DNA of 59,323 bases, filler included, from Sluysia triapertura (GCA_046118255.1; 5 parts of 5 records of this genome joined end to end with filler, not necessarily neighbours in it), one strand, 5' to 3'. Shown: positions 1-14,850, counted from the first letter of the whole stretch. A program made the numbers and translations. Notes: generated by a model from the letters alone, not told the origin.

Positions 1-2952
1 CATATTGCTATTTAAAAACTTAATTTTTGAGAAAAGCTGTCATTAATTTATATTTTAATGTAAATTTCTGTTTCTGAATTTAAAACAATAATTACAAATA
101 ATAGTTTTATATACAGTTCTACAACTAAATTAAGAATATTATTGAATAAAAATTATTATTGAATATTTAAATAAAAATTAAACCATTGTCAATTATTAAT
201 ATGTTACAGTTGTTTTATTTTTGAATTGTTTATTAAACAATTGTAACATTGTTAATTTTTAAAATGTGATGTTTTTTATTTTACAATTTTATTACAGTTT
301 CAATATTACTTTTTTTGAAAATAATAATAATTAATATTAATTAATTAAAAATAAAACTAAAAATAATCCATAATGTTGATATTGATTAGTTCATGAATTG
401 AGTAATTAAATAGCAGAAAATTATTTCGGTCATTTTAAACAAAATAAATTTTAATTATGAATTAACAAAATGCAAAAATGTAAAATATTTTGATTTTAAT
501 AAGTGTTACATGTTTGTGCTCAAAAATTATAATTATAATTATAATGAGTTATTGAGTTAGTCAATTCAAAACTAAAAGAAAAGTAATCAATAAACGAAGA
601 AATATGTATAGGCATAATATGCGGAATTTTACATATAATTAAAATAATTTTACATAATAAAATAATTATGTGTATATAACTAAATTAACAATTAAAATAA
701 TAACTAATAATAATATAAAATAATAATTTAATTATTGTAATTAATTAATATCTTTTGCGTATAAAGCATAAGAAAACCGAAAGATGTATAATAAATTTTA
801 GTAAATAATAGATAAATGGTGATTTTGTTATGATCTTTTAATGAAATGTTTTTGCACTTAAGACTGATTCGAATTATAATAATGACTTTGATTATAATAA
901 TGATTATAATAATGATTATGTTTATGTTATTTTTAAATGTTGAATGTATCTAACAAAATTTGTATAATTTAAACGTCATTACAAATAAGTTATAGTTACA
1001 ACAGAATAATATAATTATAACAATAATAATAATAATGATAATATTAATAATATCGTAAGTAATAAAATATAGCAATTGAAAATTTGAAGAGTCATTCCTT
1101 TAACTTGTTTTGATTAGCATGAACATGCATATTTCATAAACCTTTTTATTACCCTTTTAAATGCTTTGTACTTTATATATAGAATACGGCTTTTGATAAA
1201 ATGATAATATAATAATGATAATAATAATAACAACATCTTTTGTAATATTATTCTTTTGTCATTTTATTTCTATATCAGATTACAAAGCAGAATTTGTATT
1301 TAGAATAATATATTGTTTATATTTTCTTTTGAATTATAAAAAAATGTTTTGATGAATGATGCAGACTGTATATTTTTTTTGACTTTATTATTTATTAGTG
1401 TTTAAAGAAATTTTTATTTCAATTTTTTATATATAAAATAAAATGATTTTTGATTTCTTTGTTTCTTTAATCAAAAAATATTTTCAAAATTTTAATAATC
1501 AAATAGTGTATAATTAGATGTATTAATTTTTATTTATTATCGATCGTTTTTTCTAAGTTACTTCTTTTTGTGAATGTTTTAAGATAGTTTTCTGGTTTTA
1601 TTGGTCAGTATCTCAATTTTTTGAAATATCCGTTTGTTTTAATAGATAATTTGACTTTTACGAATAAATATTAAGAAAGTATTAAATTATTCATAATAAT
1701 TAAATTATTTCACAATTTGGTGCACTTTAAAAATACTGGCTTTGATAATAGATTTGATAAAATATATTTACCATCTAAAATACATTTTCAACTGATTCTG
1801 GATATGCTGAAATTAAGCCCTTTTTAAAATAATAGGATTTAGAAAATTATGTATTTATTGTTTCAAGAATAAAAGAAAATAGTATAAAATTTAATATACA
1901 TTTAGACAGTCAATTTTAATTTTATTTTTTAAACAAAATAATTATTTTACTGTATTAATGTCGCGGTATCCATGGATTTTATGTCTATCTTTATATTTAT
2001 TTTCCCGTTTATTTTCTTTTCTACATATTTTACGGATTCATTGCAGTGTTTAGCATCTAATTTCGCATCTTTATCATTAATTAATTTTATTAATTTTCTT
2101 GATTTACGTATTGATAAATGTTAATCTTTTTTTTCCACAGATTGAATTACTTATACTTTGATAAATAGTAGTATTGTGTTGACAGTGAACTTTCTTATAA
2201 ATTATTGAAGGTTATCGAGTAAACAATGACCAAATAGATAATAAATTTATAACTAATTTGTAATGAAATGAAATAACTCTATCCAAAATCGTTTATCTTT
2301 TATTAATTATTTAGTTTTAGAAAATAATTTTTGTCACTAATTTATGAAAATTTAAAGTTGTACAAAAATAATATTAAATTTCTGTTTAAATTAAAACATT
2401 AAATAGTTTAATTCATTTAAATTGATAATGATTACATTTTAAAAATGTATTTCTTTGATTGGGAAATAAATAATGTATTAAAATAATAATAATCAATAAT
2501 TCATATAAAATTTCAATTTTAATTAGTTTCTTTTTGTAAAAAAGCATGATAATATTGATAAAAAGAACCGAGACGTAAATGATGTTTTTAATTTTCACTT
2601 GATCAATATTCTAATAAACATTAAAAAATAAAAATCACGATGTTTTGTTGAGGTTTTTAATTGATATTGTTTTCCCAATTATTTGATAAATAATTTTTAT
2701 TCATATTATATAGTAATAATTATAATGATTATTAAAATAGTAATAATTATAACAGAAATATAATGATAATATTAATTTTTAAAACAAAAATTAACATAAA
2801 AGTGTTATTAAAATTCCAATAAACGGTGTGTTTGCATTACACTATAGCAGAATAGCTTGGAAATAGTAAAAAGATACTGAAACTAGATACTGAATCAATA
2901 GTATATTCGAGTTACTATTGATTGCTATATCATTGTGTGATTAAAACCTTTT

Positions 2953-3385
2953 CGTTGGTGGCCAAATTATTAGACTAAAGACCATTTTTGTGATAAAATT
3001 CAACATTTTTCAAGCATACTATAAAACTATTAATGGCACAGTCAAGGTGAAACCCATCATTAGGTTTCATTTTTACAAATATGGTCTTGTCATCCAATAC
3101 TTGAAAGGACGAATCATTACTAAAACACACTTTACTCCAGTTATTCTCAGTTAAATGTTGGTGTTGCTTAGCCCATCGCAACCTTAGGCTTTCTTCTGGG
3201 TCGTTTCGCTCGCAAGCAATTATCTGGCACTACAGTGAATTCCGCAAGTTTCTCATTACTTCTGCAAAGTCATAATGATAGCTTAACGATTCATCGTAGA
3301 AAGTTTCACTAAATATCGATCATTTCTCACTGATGTTTTCTTCTTTCTGCCACAAAGAATTTAATCTAATAATTTGGCCACTGTG
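2953..3385 (-). mobile_element. Internally deleted Tc1-family DNA transposon
   Basis: Inverted ends GGTGGCCAAATTATTAGA and TCTAATAATTTGGCCACTG. Internal RWAKQHQHLTENNWSKVCFSNDSSF resembles the Tc1 transposase 'WA..H..WT...W..V.FSDES.F' motif. Confidence 0.85.
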
Positions 3386-4252
3386 TTAAAGTAAATATTA
3401 TTTTAATATAAATTATTTATTATCTATAAACTTATTTATTTTATAATATGATATTTTAAAATATAAATTAATAACGGCTAAAAATAATAAATTTATTATC
3501 ATTTTGTTTTAATAAAAAATAAAAGAAAAATGTTTCCTTATCAATTATTGTTTAAAGAAGCAGAACTTATCAGTATAGAAATGAAAATATTGTTACAATA
3601 ACAAAATGAAATATATGGAGAAATATTTTTACAATAATTACAATAATAATACTTTTGCAAGTACAATAAGACTTTGAACAAATTTGATTCTTAAATATAT
3701 AATTATCTATATTAAAGGTAATTTGCTGATGACTTTGACGAGAAAAAGTAATAAACACGGATTTTTCAGTTACAATTTCATAAGGTAAACGATAGCAAAA
3801 ATTTATTTGATAGGTTAGAATAATGTAAATATAAAAGTATAATAAAAGTAGATGATAAAAGTATAAGTTATAAAGATTCATTTATCACTTAATTTTTATT
3901 TTTTACAATTACAAATTTTTTACAATTACAAATGCTTTTCACGTTATTTAGTTATTGTGGTTAGGCGAAAAATCATAATTATTCTAGGAATTATTTTCAT
4001 TATAATTTCACTATCTAAATAAATCAATGAATTTCGTTCGAAAATCTTTTTGAAACTTCACCAACTCTGTTAATGCTGCACTAGATAATCTAATTTTTTT
4101 AATTGATCACTATTATAATATTATAATTAAAATTATAGAGAAATTTATCTTATTATTATGTTTACTTTAGACAAAACTGAATAAACTTTAATAAATAAAT
4201 TTCTAAATGAAAAAAATTATCTTTTATTTTTATTTTATTACAACAAACTTAC

Positions 4253-4481
4253 AAGATTCTTGAATTAAGGTAGTATTGCTTTGAACTTTCTTTGGTTTAC
4301 TTATTTCTACAATCTGATTCCAAGCTTCACAATAACATTTATATTCACTAAACCATTCCAGTACATCTTTTAAATGAATTTTCAGACTAAATACCCATCT
4401 TAAACGTCTTCCATACATTCCGATATTGCTTGGTAAAGGTAATTTCTGTTTTTTGCCAGTAGTACCATCAAATATCTCCAC
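4253..4481 (-). CDS. unc5: UNC5-like netrin receptor, exon 2 (second half of Ig1 domain)
   Basis: TTTTAG| acceptor in phase 0, matching exon 1. Encodes ...KDVLEWFSEYKCYCEAWN...KKVQS...IQES, compared with UNC5 'QVEE.FG..DYWCQCVAWS...KS.KA.V.IA'. Ends T|GTAAGT (phase 1). Intron 1 is 4482-10433. Later exons were not found in 1-4252. Confidence 0.78.
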
Positions 4482-6888
4482 CTAAAATTGTCGAAAATTA
4501 TCTTAGTAAATCAGTACTAATAAATATTTAATAAATATTTAATATTAATAGATTTTAATGTGAAAAAATTTTAACAATAATTATATAATTAAAGAGCTTT
4601 AAATTTAACTCCAATTCAAATGAACATTTTTTCTTGTATCAGCATTCATTGTTTTACAACGTTAGACTCATTAGATACTTAATTATACTTTTGGTGAATT
4701 ATAAAGTATAATGAATAATAGTTTCAGTTAATTAGTTATTAAATTAGCTTCTTAACTTGATAATGAATTGTAAATTATGTATTTTTGTAGTAGAATAAAC
4801 AATGAAACATTTTAAATTGGAAATGTTTCTTAACCTTCATCCGATAGAAGTAGTACAACAAATTGTAGTGTTTTTGTTTTTGAAGTGCAATTATGTTTTA
4901 TATTGATTGTAGATGATTTAAAATGTATCAATACAAAAAAAGCTTATTTCATTGAAAAAACTTAATAGATATAATTTTATCTGCTCTGTTTTATGATTGT
5001 TAAATAAATTTGTTTATAATTAATGAAAATAATAAGAAATTATTTAACAAATATATAATATTTCAATATAGTGTTTATTATTTCCTATTTTCAATATGCA
5101 AGTTGTCCTCAAATATATCATGTTATGATTTTAAAAATTGTCTAAAATTGTATATTTAAGCACAAATTAAGCACAAATTTTTAAATATTGTAAGCACTAT
5201 TTTGTCATATAATTGTTGAATAATTGAATTTCTAAAAATGATAATCAATAATCACCGTTTTTACAGAAAAATAGATATTTTGATTCTTTCTTCTGCATAA
5301 TATTAATTTATTTGTTTGAATTTAGAATAAAAATCAGAATAAGTTAAAACAAAACAAATTAGTCGTGTTTTATTTTTATCTAACAAGAAATAATCACATT
5401 TGATACGTTATTTTATCAAAAGTATCCTCACCAAATTGAAAATAATGTATTTTTAATGTAATTATATATTTTCATGTGATTATTTGAAAGAAAAGTATGA
5501 CAGAAATAATAAACTTTATATTTTATTTATTATTAATACTTAGCACACTCATTAAATAAATACCAGCACAATGTTTTACACTTATAGGCATCATCTTTGT
5601 TCTTCAGCCGAATTATAAAATCTTCCATATCTCTAGAAGAGAAGTTTCATTTGTACTTCGAAGTATTTCTTGACAATAAGTATTAATTCAAGAATTTTTA
5701 AAGTGTTTAAACAGTCAAAACTTCAAATCGGTTTTGAGCCATGACATACTTAACTAAATCATATTGTTCAAAGTAATGGATTAATCGATAAATTTAGCTC
5801 CCTAAATTGAATCGGTCGGCCAACCTTGTCTTCATCACTTACTACTTGTATATGATGGATAATCATTTCATAAAATATATAATTAAAACAAAACGCATTT
5901 TGTTAAGTATATAATTTTTCCAAAAAAATATAATTTCATACTTTTCTTATATATTATTTAAAAACAAAATATACATACAGATTTAGCACTTTGGACACGA
6001 ATTATTACACATTAAATAATATCGAAATATTTTAAGTTAAAGCTTTTTATGCTTTTTCGGACTAAATCAATAATCATTTCTAAATTTTACGAAATAAACT
6101 CGAATTAATATAGTACTATGTTTTAATGACATGTTTTGTTTATCTAAAATTCATTAATACTGGTTTCAGTCCAAATATTATAATATATCAGATGTTATTT
6201 TGATAGTATCATTCAGGCGTCTTAGTATTTATTCAAAACCATGTATCATTATCTAGTTTATTATTTTAATTATGACAATTACAATTTTAATAATAATAAT
6301 AATTATAATTATGATAATAATAATAATTATTATTATTATAGTAATTATTATTTTATTATAATAAATTATAAAAACGATATAAAAGCAAACATTCTGAATA
6401 TAAATACTATGTGAAAATAAGTAGGATTAAGATATTTTTATTAGACTTGTCAACTAAATATTTTCTATTACAAACTGGAATTATAATAAAATTTATTTGT
6501 GTTGTTTTTGTATGTTTATTTATTATTACGAAAATATTTATTTATTAATTTATTTGTGATTGTTTGATTGAAATACATTTTAATTATTCTTTTTATTATT
6601 TTATTTACAAATAATTTTTTATATTCATTTTTGGTTATATTCTTTATTTATCATAGATTTTAATATAAAATTTATTATTAAATATAAGCATGGCGAAGGT
6701 TAAAAGTAAAAAACACTTGTACCAAAAAATGAAATGTAAAATCAGCAGAATCATATAATTATTATGTAAAAAATAAATAAATAAATAAATAATAAGCTTA
6801 TTGTAGTTGAATCGAATGACGCTAATAAATTTAGTTGCATAAGTCATTTTAAGCAGCGACACTAAAACTAGAGGAAGCAAATTACTAG

Positions 6889-6960
6889 CTGTGGTTTTCT
6901 TAATTCTTAACCTAAGGTAAAATAAATTTTAGCAGGATTCGGTTACAATAAACGACTTAC
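6889..6960 (+). repeat. Dispersed repeat, unclassified (diverged copy at 20751-20822)
   Basis: CTGTGGTTTT...CTTAACC..GGTAAAATA...CGGTTACA..AACG.CTTAC aligns by eye with 20751-20822 on a different contig. Confidence 0.6.
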
Positions 6961-9900
6961 TATATAAAGAGGTTATACTTATAACAAAATAACAAATAGA
7001 ACAATTTAACTTTCGATTTTCTTACTCTTCAAGATATTTTTTATATCTTAATTGCTAGAAAGTTAGATGATCTTAATATAGTCGACGTATTCCTGAAAAT
7101 ATTCAAATAATAATTTTTTTAATAAAGATTTTCGTAATTGCAGCTCTTTAACGCGTCACAACATTGATATTTTGAAAAATTGATTGTAAGTCTCCAACTG
7201 AGCTACAAAGAGCAAAATGACAAAACACAAATTTTAATTTAATTAAACATTTATTAGTAAATTTTGGTTGTTTAATTACTTACAAATTGTTTTAATAGTA
7301 AAGCAGCAAACGAAACAAAAAAATTAAACAATATAAAATTCAAACCTTGTTAAGGTCTTTATTTTTAATAAATATAAAGTATTTTACTCTTCAGTAAATA
7401 GAAGATTAAAAGGTTTAATTAAAATTGATTTTAGTGCAGTTTAAAGTTTTAGAAACCTTAAAACAAAGTTAAAACAAGCTGAAATAGAATATATCTTACT
7501 AAATTCGGATGATAAAACTAAGTAAGGATGCTGCAGTCAATATTTAATTGTTGAATTAATATAAAAATTCCCCTAATTGTTTTGAAAATCGTTTACTCCA
7601 ATTAAATCACTAAAACTGCGTTATTAAATCGTGATTTAAAATAAACTAATGTCAGTACAAATACATACTAGTCATCATCCAATCAAAATCAATGGTATTT
7701 CTCGAAAATTCTAGATTTTCTTTTTTGAAAATTAACAATATTTTTGCATATTTTAGAGTTTAAATATGGCAACTTAATAGATTTAATAAAAAGAGAATTT
7801 TATTTTAATAACTTGTAAGTAAAAAAATTCATTTGTTTTTCTATATGAAGCTATTTACTCTTGAACCTTACGATGTAATGAAAAACAGACGTATAATTCT
7901 TTTCAAAAAAACCCTGATAAGATTAAAATAAAAAATATCATTTAAATAAATTCTTTAAAATTTTTATATTAGTTTTATTAAATATAATAATTAAATTAAT
8001 TTTGTTTTATTTTAAATAAAACATTACTTAAAAGTCATTGATTTGTTGTATAAATGGTTGAATTTTATTGTAATTAGGGAAAAATCAATTAACTAAGAAA
8101 TTGCAATTGATGAGAAATAATTTATTAAAGTTAAATTAAAAGTAATTTAGCTAAATTATTCAATAAAGATTTATGTCATACATTAAACTTAATAATTAAT
8201 TGTTCAAACTAATCCTTATATAAATTATTTTATATAAATAATAACGTAAAAGAAATAAACATTTATATCCAAACATTTAAATATTTCGTCAATAAATTAA
8301 ATTTAATTTAATATTGTATTTTATTCTTCAAAAATTTATTATATATATAAATTTATTAAATACTAATTTAAATATTGTAAGTTTTATTTGGTTTTGGGCT
8401 AATTTATTATGAAAATGTGATTCATTTTCAAAAGTACTTTAAACAAGATTTTGGGTGTTCAGAATGATCTTTTGTAAGGAAAAAGAAACATAAAGAGAGT
8501 TAAGAGTTGGATCTAAATATACATACAAAGGAAGGTTCCACTTTGGTGCAAAATAAGAGATCTTTTAGAATTTTATTTAATATGAAAAAGTATATCATTA
8601 ATAATTTTATCATAAACACTTCTTAACTGATTTCATAAATAATCCGTCTTCAGAAAACACTTAGCACATTTCATATAATATGTTAAGCTTATTTGTTGAC
8701 ACTTTTCGATAGCTCTTGATCTTTAGAAAACAAAATTTTGAGATTATTCATTATTTTCATCTTATGAATTTTTTTTAAACCAAATCTTTCAAAATATTTA
8801 TAAACGAAAATTATTTAAACATATAGAGAATTTCAATCCATAGTTGCATTTTCGTGAAGCAGCCAATAATTGTCATTTTGAAATCAGGATCCACTTATTA
8901 ATGATTATAGGGTAACGATTTTTATCATAATAAACGTAATCTGTCATCGTGTTTTGTATGATTTTCAAGAATTTGATTTAGAAAAGATTCTAGTCCTTCT
9001 AAAAGGAAATAATACAATTCTTTGATGTCCGAAGACATCACAATCGAATAATGTATGTTATATTAATAATTTATATTTCCTGATTCATTTTCATAATAAA
9101 AGTTAATATTTTTGATTTTCTCAATTTTGCAAAATTTTGACCTTGAAACTTTCTTTCATTTTGTTTTTATTGAATTTTTCAAAGTATCGAATGTTGTTCT
9201 TTTAAAGGTATTTTAATAGATTAAGAATAATAATTAATAAGGTCCTTTTTCGAATTCTCTTATTCTTTATAAATTTATAGATTACCATAAATCTATTCAA
9301 AATAATTTGAGGAAAATCATGAATAGTACAAACAATATAATACAAAACACTGACTTTATGTGATAAAATAAAAATATGAAATTTTAAAATTACAATTAAC
9401 AATTTATTTTAGTAGCAATGATAATGATAACTTGTAAAAACATTAAAAATACTAGCTTATAATTAGTTTAAGTAATTAATTTATTAATAGAAAGTCTGGT
9501 TAAAGAAAATACAAAGTTTTGAAGATACTTTTCAAAGGATGTTTTATACAACTTGGAAGGAATAGAGATAAAATAAATAAATAAAATTAAAATCTGATCA
9601 AATAGTAAGGTATAACCTTGTTTTATTAGTATTATTATTATCTTTATTATTATTATTTTATGGAAAATAATAATAATTATAAAACTTAAGATCGTTGGTT
9701 ACGCAAAATGATTTATTTAATTTCACAATAATATTAAAAAGAAAGAAATGTCTTATTACAAAAATGCGTTTTAAGTTAATAATGTTAAATTATCACAAGT
9801 CACCTTTGACGAAATAATTATTCGTAGTACTACAAAGATCCTACTAGATATTTTTAATACACCTTTCAAGGAAGATTGAAACGTTGATATTTTATTGATT

Positions 9901-10433
9901 TAATTTTTTATTAAAATTTGAAGTAATTTCGAATTTACTTCATTTAAACAATCAAATTTAGATAAAACAATCAATTTTTTTATTACAAAAATTAGTATTA
10001 ATGAGGTTAAATGAAAATTAATATACGATGATTTTAAAAATCGGAATTAATGTTACAATTCCTATTTTCAATGATTAAAATTCAGTAAATCATCAGGGTT
10101 CAATAAAGCAAACTTTTATAATTTTTTGGATATTGCTGTCTTTTATTATACGTACTGTATTGAAAATGAAATACAAGTAATACTTAATCAATAATTTACA
10201 ATATCAAATTAAATATATAACTAGGCGTCAAGTTATGCTAAATTTTGTCACTGTGTATAATATGTATAAGTGAGTGACACATCAATGAAAAAAGAAAAAA
10301 GCTTATTCAAAATATGTATTGATTTATTCATATAACATTTATATTTAAATTTTAATTATTACATTTTTTGTTTTAATTTTCATTCTAATATTATAATAAT
10401 GATTATAATTATAAAAAATTATAATAAACAAAC

Positions 10434-10733
10434 TTTAAGTCCTGTTTCAGATATCTCTGTATTCATAAACGTATATTCCTTGTCAGCACAGAAAATATTT
10501 ACATGAATAGCATTATTAACTTCACATATTAGAGTAGTAGGATGGGTTTTATTAACATAATATTTCGGCAAAGGTTCTCGAATAAATTTCGGTACACCAG
10601 TTAAATGAGCTTCATTTGCCTGTACTAAATCTGTTTTCCCATCAGCTTCGACTACTAAACCAAAAATACACAAACCACTTAATACAAATCCGAATATTCT
10701 TAAAAATAAATATATCCAATCATTGCCAAACAT
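10434..10733 (-). CDS. unc5: UNC5-like netrin receptor, exon 1 (signal peptide + first half of Ig1 domain)
   Basis: ATG at 10733 and a hydrophobic signal-like N-terminus. PKFIREPLPKYYVNKTHPTTLICEVNNAIHVNIFC matches the UNC5 Ig1 pattern P-x-F-x-x-E-P...Y...P-x-x-L-x-C...A-x-x-I-x-F-x-C. Ends AAA|GTTTGT after exactly 100 codons (phase 0). Confidence 0.8.
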
Positions 10734-11871
10734 ATTTTTAGTTTGATATATTTGATTTTTAATGGATCACAATTTCACATTTGAATATAATTATGATTTT
10801 TTTGGAAATTTTTACAATTTAATAAAAATAAGAAATCAACAATTTCAATTTAATTTATTAAGTTACTGTATAACCAGTAATAATGTTATAAAAATATGAT
10901 TGGTTAATAATGGAGACAATTTATTTTATTCTTTCTTATTTATTTTTTATTGTAAATAATAAATTATAGGTAAATAATAATTCAATTATTTTAATAATTC
11001 TTATTTTATTGAAATAAATTTAGATTTTACTTTAAATGTTTTTTTTGATAAAACATTTTATTTTCATGCTAAGATTGTTTATCAAAATCATTTATAAAAA
11101 TTCATCAACAAACTATTAACTATTTTAAATAGAGTATTTATATCAAAACTTTTTTTAACAATATCAGTGTAATTGCCCAATTACTGTTTAAGCTTTGAAA
11201 CTTTAAATATTCCCAAAAATAAAATTCATAATGATTGGGTATCGATTAAATTAAGAAATAACTTTTGTTGGATCACCTTACAAAATTCGTTCTGTTCTCA
11301 TTGTTTTTCTATGAATATCACTTTAATTTAGGAATTTTTTACTGAAATTATTTATTGAAATCAAAGTAAGCATAATTTCTTTTTTATTGTCAAAAACATT
11401 TCTTGTAGAAACCATTTGCTTTAAATATTTTGTTATATGGTTTTATTTCTTATTGTTATTTACTTATTTGATTTATCTTATTTTCACTCGGTGGTTTACT
11501 TTCTTTTAGGTTTTGATACTGTCAAGTTATGCTCTTTGCAAAATTATATTAATTTCGTAAGTTAATTTTTTGTTTCACTTATCTGGAGTCGCCCGTTCAC
11601 TCGTCGTAGATGGAACGATGGAAGTGCAAAATAAAATACTTTAGAATGCTAATGTTAAATGGTCTGGATACCTTTCAAAAGTAACACTAAATCGACACGA
11701 AAATGTATTATTTAAAATAGTAAAATGTTTATACAATAACACAAATTATTTATAAATTTAGTTATAAAACTACCGAATACGTTACAATTATAAATTACGA
11801 AATAATATAAAATGTTTAGTTACAAAGTATAGTTACAGGATATAATTTAATTACGAAATATAATTTAATTT

Positions 11872-11971
11872 NNNNNNNNNNNNNNNNNNNNNNNNNNNNN
11901 NNNNNNNNNNNNNNNTTAATTAATTAANNNNNNNNNNNNNNNNNNNNNNNNNNNNNNNNNNNNNNNNNNNN
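11872..11971. other. Artificial contig-joining spacer
   Basis: 44 N + TTAATTAATTAA (stop codons in all six frames) + 44 N, 100 bp in total. Confidence 0.98.
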
Positions 11972-12102
11972 CAACGGCTGGCCCTAACCGGTAAGTCCAA
12001 GTACGTTGGTGAACTCACACTCTTAAATCAACTTTTATTCTATTCACTTAACTTTATTATTTCTCACAATATGTTATAAACTTTTATAAATAATGTTTTA
12101 TT
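11972..12102 (+). mobile_element. Probable 3' end of a NeSL/R2-clade non-LTR retrotransposon
   Basis: CAACGGCTGGCCCTAACCGGTAAGTCCAAGTACGTTGGTGAACTCAC is nearly identical to 50303-50348. A degenerate copy lies downstream of the RLE-coding relic at 40885-40914 (-). Confidence 0.5.
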
Positions 12103-12258
12103 CGAAAGACAATTTGTTCAAGTAACTTAAAACACAATCTTCCATTAGTATTTTGAATTTTATGAATAATAATAAAAAAACATAAAAAATTATCGATTTT
12201 TCTTGGCATTTTGATAATTTATATTAAATACAATTATTATCTTTTTACAAAAGCATAC

Positions 12259-12421
12259 TTTTCGACTTGAAATTGCTAATAAATCTGTACAAGTGATAAG
12301 TGAATTAGTAATACCGAGTTGAGATAAAGTTGAAATATAAATTGAAAATATCTTTGGTTTAATTTGATGAGTAGAACTGTTTATCCAAGTGTCATAAAAA
12401 TGTGACAAAATTGAATTTAGT
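12259..12421 (-). CDS. Divergent GT13 glycosyltransferase, probable internal exon D
   Basis: ATTTAG|A acceptor in phase 2 matches exon C (GA+A = Glu). The frame is open (LNSILSHFYDTWINSST...ISSRK) and ends at a GTATGC donor. Similarity is weaker than for exons A-C. Confidence 0.55.
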
Positions 12422-13066
12422 CTAAATTGTAATTAAATAATAAAATATTAATTAAGAAAAACATTTTTATTGGGCAATCGAAAAAGTTTACTAAATTATA
12501 TTAAAATTTTCTCCAACTTTAATTGGTGATTTAAAATTTAAATATTTTATAAAAAATTTATTTTATTTTTGTAAAAAGTAATACTTTAGTGACAATGTTT
12601 CATATTACAGAAGTTGCAGTGAATATTAAATTTGGTTTAAAAGGTTATCTTCATGTAATAAAGACATGCTCTCTCCATAATAAAGCAGAACAATAAAAGA
12701 TCATAGTTGATAAACAACTGAAACAGCATTTTGAGATAATTTGATTTAAAATTTGAAGAAAAACTTTCTAATAAAAAAATAATAAACAATGAAAAAGAAA
12801 AATTTTCTCTTCTCTTATTGGACAAGAATGAATATATAAATACCCTCTAAATTTTGCTAATTTTAGAAATTTTTTTTAAACATCAATAGAAACCCATTAA
12901 ATTTGGCTAAAATCTGATTTTGGTTAAAATTTTTTAGATTTTATAATATATATAAATTTAAAATTTGAAAGAAAAACTTCAAAATTGTTTATATAATATT
13001 AAAATGAACGTACACACAAATTTTTAATTAATTGATTTATACAAATAAAAAAAGTTTTAATTCGTA

Positions 13067-13760
13067 ATGAGAAGAGAAAAATACACATTATCAGCTGATG
13101 AAAAACTTGAAATATTGAAATATATTGAGTAAAATTCTTTAATTTCAGACCAGAGAATAGCAGATATATTTTCATTCAAATTTAAGAAAACAATTAATAA
13201 TTTTGAATAAGATTATTGAAAAATATGAAGATACATTTTTGATCAAACCTACGAAAAGGGAATTATAATATGGAATTATTGAAATATATATGATAGAATG
13301 GGCAGATTGTTTAGAGGGTGAATGTGCATTATTGAAATCTTGATTGAAAAAACTTTAAAATTTGCACAAAGTAAAATTTAAAGCTTCGCAGGAATGATTA
13401 CAAAAGTTTAAGATCAGACAACATCTTGATCTTAAAAAATTACATGGGAAGCCCAATCAAATTTAAATGTTTTCTATGATGATTTCATAAATATTCTTTA
13501 AAAAGAATTGATGAATATGGAACAGACAATGTTTTTAATGTAGATGAAATCAGAATTTTCAAAAACCATATGTATAAAAGTGTGACTAGGATACAAATTA
13601 TTGAAAGACCGTGTTTTCGTTTTATTATATGAGTAGAAGTGTTAAAAGAAAATTGTTGGTTATTGGAAGATATGCAAATTCAAAATGCTTTAAAGGATCT
13701 GATACAAATACACTTATTGATTATAAGTCTTGTTCACGTGGTTGGATGACGTCAAATATT
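13067..13760 (+). mobile_element. Decayed pogo/Tigger-type (CENP-B/DDE_1) transposase
   Basis: Fragments occur in the expected order: MRREKYTLSADEKLEILKYIE, FKASQE*LQKFKIRQ (FKASxGWLxxFKxR), NVFNVDE (IFNxDET), LLVIGRYANSKCFKG, RGWMTSNI (AWMT). Multiple stops and frameshifts. Confidence 0.88.
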
Positions 13761-13840
13761 AGGTAAATATTAGGTAAACGCAAAAGAATCGATAAAGAAT
13801 TTATGAACTTTCAGAGTTAAGATATATATATATATATATA

Positions 13841-14321
13841 CAGTGGTGGCAAAATTATTAGACTAAAACAGGAAAAATGTGTTTTTCATTGGTTTTCTTA
13901 ATATTCGCTACCCAGTCCTGAAAACTCACCAGACATGAATTCCATAGAAAATCTGTGGGATATTGTCAAAAGAAGAGTTTCTACCCATAAACGAACCACC
14001 AGGACGGAACTTATTGAAAACCCTGATAAAAGTATGACGTCACGATGACGACATAAAAGACGCAAGCTCACCTGTGACATGAAATTATTGGATATCAAAG
14101 GATGGCAAACAAAGTACTGATACAATAGTTTGTAGATATTTGATTTGTAGTAAATTGTGTAAAATTGGATAAAGTATTTATTTGCCAACATTTACATTTT
14201 GCGTGACAACTGTCAGTAATAGTTGTCGATAAAACTTTTGATTAATAATTTCATAATATCCTTGAAAAATGTTGAATCTTATCACAGAAATGGTTGTAGT
14301 CTAATAATTTAGCCACCACTG
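13841..14321 (+). mobile_element. Internally deleted Tc1-family element with both TIRs, inserted at a TA run
   Basis: CAGTGGTGGCAAAATTATTAGACTA...TAGTCTAATAATTTAGCCACCACTG, preceded by (TA)n. Internal SPDMNSIENLWDIVKRRV corresponds to SPDLNPIENLW. Confidence 0.92.
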
Positions 14322-14359
14322 CATATACATGTATATATATTACACAATATATAAATAAT

Positions 14360-14850
14360 TATAAATTTGTTGTCATGGCTACAGATATCCATACTATACA
14401 TTCTAAATCGTGAATTGTAACCAAAATTACTTCTATTGAAATGAAACATCAGCAAAATAAAATCCAGAATGTAAACCAAAACATTTATCAAGATAAGAAT
14501 TTTATTTTTAATTAAATAAAAATATTTTCACAAACTTGTCATTGTTCGATAATAAACTAATTATTTCAAATTAAATAATAATTAAATCAATAGTTTGTGA
14601 TTTCAAGTTGCAGTTAGTATAGGAAGTGATCGAAAAGTATAATGTTGTGAGAAATGAACGAGTTGGTGGACCGTCAAATGAAGCAACACCAGTGAGATTA
14701 AATGATCAGCATTTTTCACATGAAAATGGTACAAAGAATAAAACAAGATAGCGCTAAGTTGTGTGTACTGAAAACCATACTGATAATACGACATCAATTA
14801 TGTATATCAATTATGTGTATCAATTGTAATGTTTCTCTCTGTTTTTTCGT
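14360..14850 (+). mobile_element. Decayed piggyBac-type transposase C-terminus
   Basis: GPSNEATPVRLNDQHF...R*R*VVC...SIMCINCNVSLCF matches the piggyBac C-terminal Cys-rich domain (RL...HF...CxVC...CxxCxVxLC). Disrupted by stops and a short duplication. Confidence 0.65.

Noticed and set aside
7195-7222. tRNA gene from TAGCTCAGTTGG A-box (minus strand)
   Set aside because: No B-box or cloverleaf. Probably a SINE fragment or chance.
8420-9050. Decayed coding-like stretches in the UNC5 intron (also 5590-5870)
   Set aside because: No diagnostic motif. Probably old transposon debris, but unassignable by eye.
11916-11927. Regularly spaced TTAATTAATTAA palindromes as a biological repeat or processing signal
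   Set aside because: Each is centred in exactly 44+44 N, so it is an assembly linker.
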